A DNA stretch of 39,156 nt, taken from a virus. The stretch lies in IMG/VR virus record IMGVR_UViG_3300020215_000044, one strand, 5' to 3'. The notes beneath the pieces are model-generated. The model ran no database searches. It had not been told where the DNA came from and was given only the letters and a program-made list of their open reading frames with translations. Shown piece by piece: positions 34,571-39,156 of this stretch (positions are counted from its first letter, which is position 1; each line of letters begins with the position of its first letter). The position numbers and the translations under genes are program-made.

Positions 34571-34788
34571 GCGAACCTTCCCACCGCCTCGGCGGGCAGT
34601 TCGGTAGGTTCAGGCTGGGTCGACCGTGTTTCCCCTGCGGCCCGCGAGAGATAGATGTCCAGGTCGTCGGGGTCGATGCGCCACACGCCGCCGATGCGCC
34701 GGGCCAGCAGCGTCCCGGCCTTAATCAGCTTGCGGACGGTCTGGTGATGCAGACCGAGCCGTGCGGCCACGGCGTTAATGGACAGCAT
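34567..34788 (-). CDS. Excisionase-type (MerR-like) HTH DNA-binding protein (73 aa)
   Basis: MLSINAVAARLGLHHQTVRKLIKAGTLLARRIGGVWRIDPDDLDIYL matches the excisionase-family HTH pattern. Trimmed from ORF 34567..34965. Confidence 0.6.
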   Translation of the reverse strand: MLSINAVAARLGLHHQTVRKLIKAGTLLARRIGGVWRIDPDDLDIYLSRAAGETRSTQPEPTELPAEAVGRFA

Positions 34789-34799
34789 GGGCCGGGCGC

Positions 34800-35030
34800 T
34801 CACGCGACCGCCTTTCCGCCAGAAATGAGGTAACGCCGCACCGAGAAGCCCAGGGCCGCCGCGATCTTGGCCGCCGTCCTGGCCGTCTGCCGCTCCCCCC
34901 TCAGGAACCGGCCGATGGTCATGTGCGAGACCTTCGCGCGCCGCGCCAAATCGATCGGGATCCACCCCCTCCGCGCCATGTCCTCTTGCACGAGGACCAC
35001 GTCAAAGGTCGGGCTCACTGCCTCTTTCAT
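34800..35030 (-). CDS. Cro-like XRE-family HTH protein (76 aa)
   Basis: IDLARRAKVSHMTIGRFLRGERQTARTAAKIAAALG. It is the first gene of the minus-strand operon and is divergent from the repressor. Confidence 0.65.
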   Translation of the reverse strand: MKEAVSPTFDVVLVQEDMARRGWIPIDLARRAKVSHMTIGRFLRGERQTARTAAKIAAALGFSVRRYLISGGKAVA

Positions 35031-35039
35031 CGTCAAGAA

Positions 35040-35068
35040 AGGGTAAGCGGGCAACCTTGCCGTGTCAA
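35040..35068 (-). promoter_or_regulatory. Candidate early promoter for cro operon (-35 TTGACA, 17-nt spacer, -10 TACCCT)
   Basis: Minus strand reads ttgaca-cggcaaggttgcccgct-taccct-ttcttgacg-ATG. The palindrome GGCAAccTTGCC (35050-35061) sits in the spacer. The transcript would be near-leaderless. Confidence 0.4.
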
Positions 35069-35631
35069 GAACTATTTTGAACCGCCTTGCACAATGCAAG
35101 GACCACGCGGCTACGCTGTCGGAGTTGCCGAAAAAGCGTGCGCGTCAGGCCCATCTGAGAGCCTTCGGGGCGTGTCTCCGCGAAATGCGCGGCGAGCGCA
35201 GCCGTCAGCAAATCTCGCAACGACTACAGGCGCTCGGGGTCAGCTTGGATGAATCGACCCTGGTGCAGTACGAAGCGGGAACCGTGTGGGCGCCCGATGT
35301 CGGCGCGCTGGTGGGACTTGCGGAGATTTACTCGATCCCGCTCCAGTCGCTCATCACACTCGTGCTGGCGAATCGTGCGAATACGCACGCGGAATCGTGG
35401 AGTGACCTACTGCGTCAGGCGGAGGATCAACAGTCGAACGCTGGAGGTACCGATGTCCCAGCGTCGGCTCGCCGCATCGCAGAACTCGAATCCCAAATCG
35501 CGCAATACAAAGCTCTTAACCGTGAGCTGCAAGATGCGTTCGGCCACCTTGGCGCGATCGCCAGAGAGTTCGTCATCTTGGAAGGCGGCGCACCAGTGGC
35601 GCAGCCGAAACGCAAACGTAAACGCGCCTAA
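35062..35631 (+). CDS. cI-like XRE-family repressor (no S24 peptidase domain; C-terminal coiled coil and KRKRKRA tail)
   Basis: LRAFGACLREMRGERSRQQISQRLQALGVSLDESTLVQYEAG...LAEIYSIPLQSLI is an XRE HTH domain. Start uncertain: GTG 35062, TTG 35077 or TTG 35125. Confidence 0.7.
   Translation: MSRTILNRLAQCKDHAATLSELPKKRARQAHLRAFGACLREMRGERSRQQISQRLQALGVSLDESTLVQYEAGTVWAPDVGALVGLAEIYSIPLQSLITLVLANRANTHAESWSDLLRQAEDQQSNAGGTDVPASARRIAELESQIAQYKALNRELQDAFGHLGAIAREFVILEGGAPVAQPKRKRKRA
35085..35101. promoter_or_regulatory. Perfect 17-bp palindrome CCTTGCA-caa-TGCAAGG (candidate operator)
   Basis: Seen directly in the lower-GC divergent region between cro-like and cI-like genes. It shares the CCTTGC half-site with 35055-35060. 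Confidence 0.4.
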
Positions 35632-35752
35632 CAAAATGCGTGTGCAACGCGACAATCTTGGCGGTTGCGCGCCCATACATTCGCGTGTACAAATTTGCCT
35701 TCCCTATTTCATTCCGGCGGCATCCTCCTCCCCGATAGGTTCGGTTGAACGA

Positions 35753-35959
35753 GTGAAAGTGGTCCCCTTCGCGCGGCGTACGTCGGCTGATGCGGAGGAG
35801 TGGCCCCGCGACCCCGACACCATCGCAGAAACCCGATCGCGTCTTGGCAACAAGCTGCAACGACTCGCCGCGCTCGATCCGCCTGGCCTTGTGGTGATCG
35901 AGATGCTGGCCGATCGGCTGCTGGCCGACGCGCACCGACGCCACGATGACAGTCTTTAG
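35753..35959 (+). CDS. Possible small protein (68 aa, GTG start) overlapping the integrase start
   Basis: VKVVPFARRTSADAEEWPRDPDTIAE...VVIEMLADRLLADAH. Reasonable GC3. The start is weakly supported. Confidence 0.3.
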   Translation: MKVVPFARRTSADAEEWPRDPDTIAETRSRLGNKLQRLAALDPPGLVVIEMLADRLLADAHRRHDDSL

Positions 35960-37163
35960 GCAGCCCGGCGGCACCACGTACCGCTACGACTTCTACTGGA
36001 AGGGCAAGCGCTACACCGGCACCACCGACCAGGTGACGAAGCGCGATGCGCAGCTGGTGGAGGCGGACATCCGCAAGCGCCTACGGCAGCAGGCGTGGGG
36101 CATCGCGCCGTTTGAACGAGACGCCACACCCACCTTTACTGCGTGGGCCGGCGTCTACTACGCCGAACAGCGGAAGCGGATCACCCGCCCCGACATCCTC
36201 GAGCGCACGTTGCGCATGGTGCTCGGCTTTTTCGGCGCGAAGCCAACCAAGTCAGAGGCGATCGACGGTGGCGTCTATCACAACCTCCGGCTGGCCGATC
36301 CGATTCTCGATCCCGACTGGCTGACGAAGTTTGAAACGTGGATGGACGAGCGCGGCATCGCCGGATCCACGAAGAACTCGTACCGATCGGCCGTCTCCGG
36401 CATGTACAAGCTGGCGCTGCGGCCGGCGTGGCGCAAGACCACACACATCAGCGCCAACCCCGTGCTCGGCATCCCACGCGACCCCGGCATCTCACGGCAG
36501 GCGACGTTGACCGTGGGCGAACTGCGCGCCTGGATTCAGGCCTCCTCGCCGCATGTGCGTCTCGCGCTGGCGATCGGCGCGCTCGCCCCCAAGCTGCGCT
36601 TGCAGTCGATTCTTGCGCTGCAATGGGCTGACTTCGACCCCGCGCTGACGTTCCTGACGAATCACCAGCACAAGACGATTCGCTCGAGCGGCCGGCCGCA
36701 GGTCGTGGCGGTCGATCCCCAGCTGGCGGATCTGCTGCGGCCGTTACGGGATCAGGCGCGGAAGGCGAAGCAGCGCTACGTCATCGCCTGGCGCGGCAAG
36801 CCGGTGCGGTCCATCCGTCGGGCGCTGCGGCGCTCGGCCATTGACGCCGGCATTGAGTACAGCCGCACCGCGATCACCTTCCACAGCCTGCGGCACACGA
36901 TGGCGACGATGCTGGCCGAGTTGGGCGTCCCGGACGAGCAGCGCCGGATGGTGATGGGCCACTCGGACATCCGCACCACGCAGGGCTATACGCACCTCCG
37001 GCCGACGCATGAGCGCGCGCCGATGGCGGCGTTGTCCGCGGCGGTGCCGCTTACCGATGCGGTATTGGGAGAAGTACAGGGACCAGGGATCGACAACCCC
37101 CGGAAAGTGGCGCAAATTCGATCATGGGCGCGCAAGCCGATCCGCAAGCGGCGCAGCGCCTAA
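35946..37163 (+). CDS. int: Tyrosine recombinase / phage integrase
   Basis: N-terminal YRYDFYWKGKRYTG arm-binding-type region. Catalytic-domain motifs FHSLRHTMATMLAE and MGHSDIRTTQGYTHL (R..HxxR..Y). Confidence 0.9.
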   Translation: MTVFRQPGGTTYRYDFYWKGKRYTGTTDQVTKRDAQLVEADIRKRLRQQAWGIAPFERDATPTFTAWAGVYYAEQRKRITRPDILERTLRMVLGFFGAKPTKSEAIDGGVYHNLRLADPILDPDWLTKFETWMDERGIAGSTKNSYRSAVSGMYKLALRPAWRKTTHISANPVLGIPRDPGISRQATLTVGELRAWIQASSPHVRLALAIGALAPKLRLQSILALQWADFDPALTFLTNHQHKTIRSSGRPQVVAVDPQLADLLRPLRDQARKAKQRYVIAWRGKPVRSIRRALRRSAIDAGIEYSRTAITFHSLRHTMATMLAELGVPDEQRRMVMGHSDIRTTQGYTHLRPTHERAPMAALSAAVPLTDAVLGEVQGPGIDNPRKVAQIRSWARKPIRKRRSA

Positions 37164-37202
37164 GTGGTGACACAGCGGCGGTTAACGACCGCTGGCTGTA
37201 CC

Positions 37203-37249
37203 GATTCGTAATCAGCAGGTCGTCAGTTCGAGTCTGACCGCCGGCTCCA
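37203..37249 (+). other. attP core candidate: 3-prime half of a tRNA-Thr(CGU)-like gene (anticodon loop to CCA)
   Basis: ttcgtaa loop (anticodon CGT), tcagc, variable aggtc, T-arm gtcag-ttcgagt-ctgac, acceptor cgccggc, t, cca. The upstream sequence lacks a matching 5-prime acceptor strand, D-arm and 5-prime anticodon stem. It lies 40 nt after the int stop. Confidence 0.65.
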
Positions 37250-37425
37250 TTTAGAGCCAATTACTTACAGCGTCGTACTGGGAAATCCATCAGCAAGACT
37301 AGTGGGACTGATACTGTGAGCAGGGTGCGCAACGTGGCGCTGTTTCGCGCACCGGATCACAGGTCGGCGCGGTAGATCCACATGCGCGGATCGCCACCGG
37401 CTGACCACGCGCGTATCCTCTGTGA

Positions 37426-37596
37426 ATGGACGACGAACAGACCATCTACACGCGGCTGCAACTGCGGCCAGTCCATGTGCTCTGCCCAACCTGCTTCCGG
37501 GTGATCCGGCGCGAGAGCGAGGCGGCCGACACGCCGACCGCAACGACGCGGATGGCGAAGGAGCCGTGCGCGACGTGTCTGGACGTTCGCGGTTGA
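37426..37596 (+). CDS. Small zinc-ribbon protein (56 aa)
   Basis: Hand translation: MDDEQTIYTRLQLRPVHVLCPTCFRVIRRESEAADTPTATTRMAKEPCATCLDVRG. About 85% GC at codon position 3. Below the ORF-track cutoff. Confidence 0.4.
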   Translation: MDDEQTIYTRLQLRPVHVLCPTCFRVIRRESEAADTPTATTRMAKEPCATCLDVRG

Positions 37597-37629
37597 CAGC
37601 GCCACGTCTGGGCCTGACTATTCAGCGGA

Positions 37630-37953
37630 TTGCCGGCGCCAAAGGGGCAAGTCTGCTTCGAGTGCACTGCGGCCGATGGTCGCACCGTGCGGCTGTATAA
37701 GAACCGCTACTACAGCCACATCCTGCGTGAGCACCCGGAGTTCACGCGCGATTTCCCCCTCCCCACTCAAGAAATTGAACGCGCCTTGACCCAGGCCACG
37801 CGGACCTACGCGGGCCAAGGGAAAACAAGGGTCTATGTCGGGCCGGAGGTTGAGGCGAAGTCCGACGCCGGACGGTGTCGCGTGCGCGTGGTGGTGAACG
37901 TGCAGGAAAAGGACGGGTGGGTCGTGACGGCCTACCCGGAGATCGTGCTGTGA
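37630..37953 (+). CDS. Hypothetical protein (107 aa; TTG 37630 or GTG 37687 start), small toxin-like fold suspected
   Basis: ...RLYKNRYYSHILREHPEF...EIERAL...RVRVVVNVQEKDGWVVTAYP resembles small nuclease/toxin-type phage proteins, but no family is firmly recognised. Confidence 0.5.
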   Translation: MPAPKGQVCFECTAADGRTVRLYKNRYYSHILREHPEFTRDFPLPTQEIERALTQATRTYAGQGKTRVYVGPEVEAKSDAGRCRVRVVVNVQEKDGWVVTAYPEIVL

Positions 37954-37960
37954 TGGACGA

Positions 37961-38335
37961 TCAGCGCCGGTTGCGCAGCTTGTACGCTGCGCTCGGTCCG
38001 TACTGCGCCAGCAGCTCGCGCGCAAAGCCCCGCGTGATGGCGCCGCGGTCCTTGTTGAACCGTTCCGTCACCGCAATGACTTCGATCCCGACCGGCTCAT
38101 GCGTGGCCCGGCTAACGCGCACGACGACGTTGTCGTCCACCTGGACGTTGTCGCACGGTTCCGGCTCGCCGCAACGGGCAAACAGGAGATCGGCATCCTC
38201 GTCGTAGCGGAAATGGAACCCGCCCCGATGGGCTGGCGCCGTCTCAGCGTGCACGGGTCGCATACCGAAGGCTCGGAGCAAACGCTGCGCCGGGGCGATG
38301 AGTTGAGCTGCGGTCATAGGCGTACGCCTGAACAA
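37961..38335 (-). CDS. DUF2283-like protein (up to 124 aa)
   Basis: FHFRYDEDADLLFARCGEP..NVQVDDNVVVRVSRATHEPVGIEVIAVTERF matches the YD.eaD.lyi....g.vGIEil pattern of DUF2283. Convergent with the previous gene. Confidence 0.55.
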   Translation of the reverse strand: MFRRTPMTAAQLIAPAQRLLRAFGMRPVHAETAPAHRGGFHFRYDEDADLLFARCGEPEPCDNVQVDDNVVVRVSRATHEPVGIEVIAVTERFNKDRGAITRGFARELLAQYGPSAAYKLRNRR

Positions 38336-38501
38336 TAACCCAACCCATTGGAACCTCGCAAGATGCGCAGCGTTTCGCTACGACTTCGCCATGACGTAGC
38401 CTCGCCGCAGGCTGTGCAATTTCCGACATAACCGTCCGGCTATCCAACACTTCAGCTCCTCCCTTGTTCGGTTCTAGCCCGGCCGTCGTTGTACCCTATA
38501 G

Positions 38502-39156
38502 ATGATGCGATTCGGCGCGGTGATCGCGCTGTTCGTCCTGGCCGCCTGCGGGTCCAACCCCTCCGGCCCGACCCCTGTTCCGCCCGCCTCCATCACCGTC
38601 CAGGGCACCCTCACCGATACCGTCTCCGGGGCGGTGCTGGGCAGCTTTACGCAGACCGTCGCGGCCCTGCCGGCGCTAATCGATGTCTCGGCCTCGGGCC
38701 ACCTGCCGCGGCGGGCGCGGATTACCTCCGATCGGCCCACGGTGGACCTGATCCCCGACGCGGCCCCGTTCGATCTGACGTTCTATCGGCAACTGGTGCG
38801 CGGATCGCTGGATGGGCCGCTGCAGCCGGTGCGCGTGCTGACGTCATCGCCTTCCATCTACTTGCAGCGCACCGGGCTGTCCGATGCGACCGTGGCGGCG
38901 CTCGAGCAGGCGGCGCGGGCCGTGGTGCCGGCGCTGACGGGCGGCCGGTTGCAGGTCGCCGCGTGGGAGACCGGCGAGACTGCGCGCTCGCTCCAGAACG
39001 GCTGGATTATGGTGGAATTAGTCAACGACAGCGCCAACTGCGGTCGAGCGTTAATCGGTGCAGTCGCCGGAAGAATCACGCTGAACGTGGCGGAACGATG
39101 CCTTCGTAACGACACCATCGTGCCAGCCGTATTCCAGCACGAACTCGGACATTCCC
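38502..39156 (+). CDS. Zn-metalloprotease lipoprotein, N-terminal part (open at window end; continues at 1..303)
   Basis: Hand translation: MMRFGAVIALFVLAAC (lipobox LAAC) GSNPSGPTPVPP... with no stop before the window end. Reaches ...AVFQHELGHS at 39156. In frame with ORF 58..303. Confidence 0.75.
   Translation, partial: MMRFGAVIALFVLAACGSNPSGPTPVPPASITVQGTLTDTVSGAVLGSFTQTVAALPALIDVSASGHLPRRARITSDRPTVDLIPDAAPFDLTFYRQLVRGSLDGPLQPVRVLTSSPSIYLQRTGLSDATVAALEQAARAVVPALTGGRLQVAAWETGETARSLQNGWIMVELVNDSANCGRALIGAVAGRITLNVAERCLRNDTIVPAVFQHELGHS
39030..39156. repeat. Terminal direct repeat, right copy (identical to 1..127)
   Basis: Base-for-base identity with nt 1-127. Confidence 0.97.

Noticed and set aside
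35249-35752. Upstream part of the 236-aa plus-strand ORF 35249..35959
   Set aside because: It overlaps the cI-like gene out of frame and reads as filler. Only the last 68 codons (35753..35959) were kept, as a low-confidence ORF.
35632-35752. Possible int promoter (TTGCGC-17-TACAAA) and weak inverted repeats between the repressor and int
   Set aside because: The matches to consensus are weak, and the repeats are short and imperfect. They were not reported as features.
37175-37249. Possible intact tRNA gene downstream of the integrase
   Set aside because: Only the anticodon loop through CCA is tRNA-like. The candidate 5-prime acceptor strand GCGGCGG pairs at 4 of 7 positions with CGCCGGC, there is no D-arm with a GG loop, and the anticodon stem pairs at 3 of 5. 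It was interpreted as an attP tRNA fragment instead.
1-39156. Terminal 127-nt repeats as attL/attR of an integrated prophage with host flanks
   Set aside because: An ORF is continuous across the join. The integrase and tRNA-like att site are internal. No host-like housekeeping genes flank the repeats.
1-39156. CRISPR array, rRNA, diversity-generating retroelement (reverse transcriptase plus TR/VR), as sometimes found in related P22-coat-type/BPP-1-like phages
   Set aside because: No regularly spaced direct repeats, no RT-like YxDD-containing ORF, and no rRNA-like sequence were seen while reading both strands.

Overview
The window is a complete, circularly permuted temperate phage genome. The first 127 nt are identical to the last 127 nt, giving a unit length of 39,029 bp, and one ORF reads straight across the junction. 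The sequence is high GC. About 75 tightly packed, often start/stop-overlapping (ATGA/GTGA) genes fill it, and nearly all lie on the minus strand. Minus-strand transcription order (high to low coordinates): Cro-like HTH, excisionase-type HTH, small early genes, RecT/Bet recombinase, HNH endonuclease, Dam-type N6-MTase, C5-MTase, replication-initiator-like gene with internal iterons, second HNH, PD-(D/E)xK nuclease-like gene, many small Cys4 zinc-ribbon ORFs, putative small terminase, large terminase, portal, scaffold, P22-type coat, a three-gene envelope cassette (secreted protein, TPR fragment, GT-C/PMT-like membrane protein), P22 gp4/gp10-like head-completion genes, four large internal-virion-type proteins, tail fiber/spike, holin-like gene, GH24 endolysin, small membrane proteins, then an accessory tail-end set (metallophosphoesterase, wHTH, HExxH protein, zinc ribbon, lipoprotein). 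The plus strand carries the lysogeny and cargo genes: an XRE/cI-like repressor divergent from cro, a tyrosine integrase followed by a 3-prime tRNA-Thr(CGU)-like fragment (attP), a small cargo operon, and a metzincin-motif lipoprotein that spans the circular junction. The most unusual observation is at 27827-28685. A canonical C5-methyltransferase ORF contains a fully embedded second-frame ORF that carries methyltransferase target-recognition-type motifs and has the better codon-position GC signature. All functional calls come from motif recognition by eye, with no database search. Start codons are often ambiguous in this GC-rich sequence.
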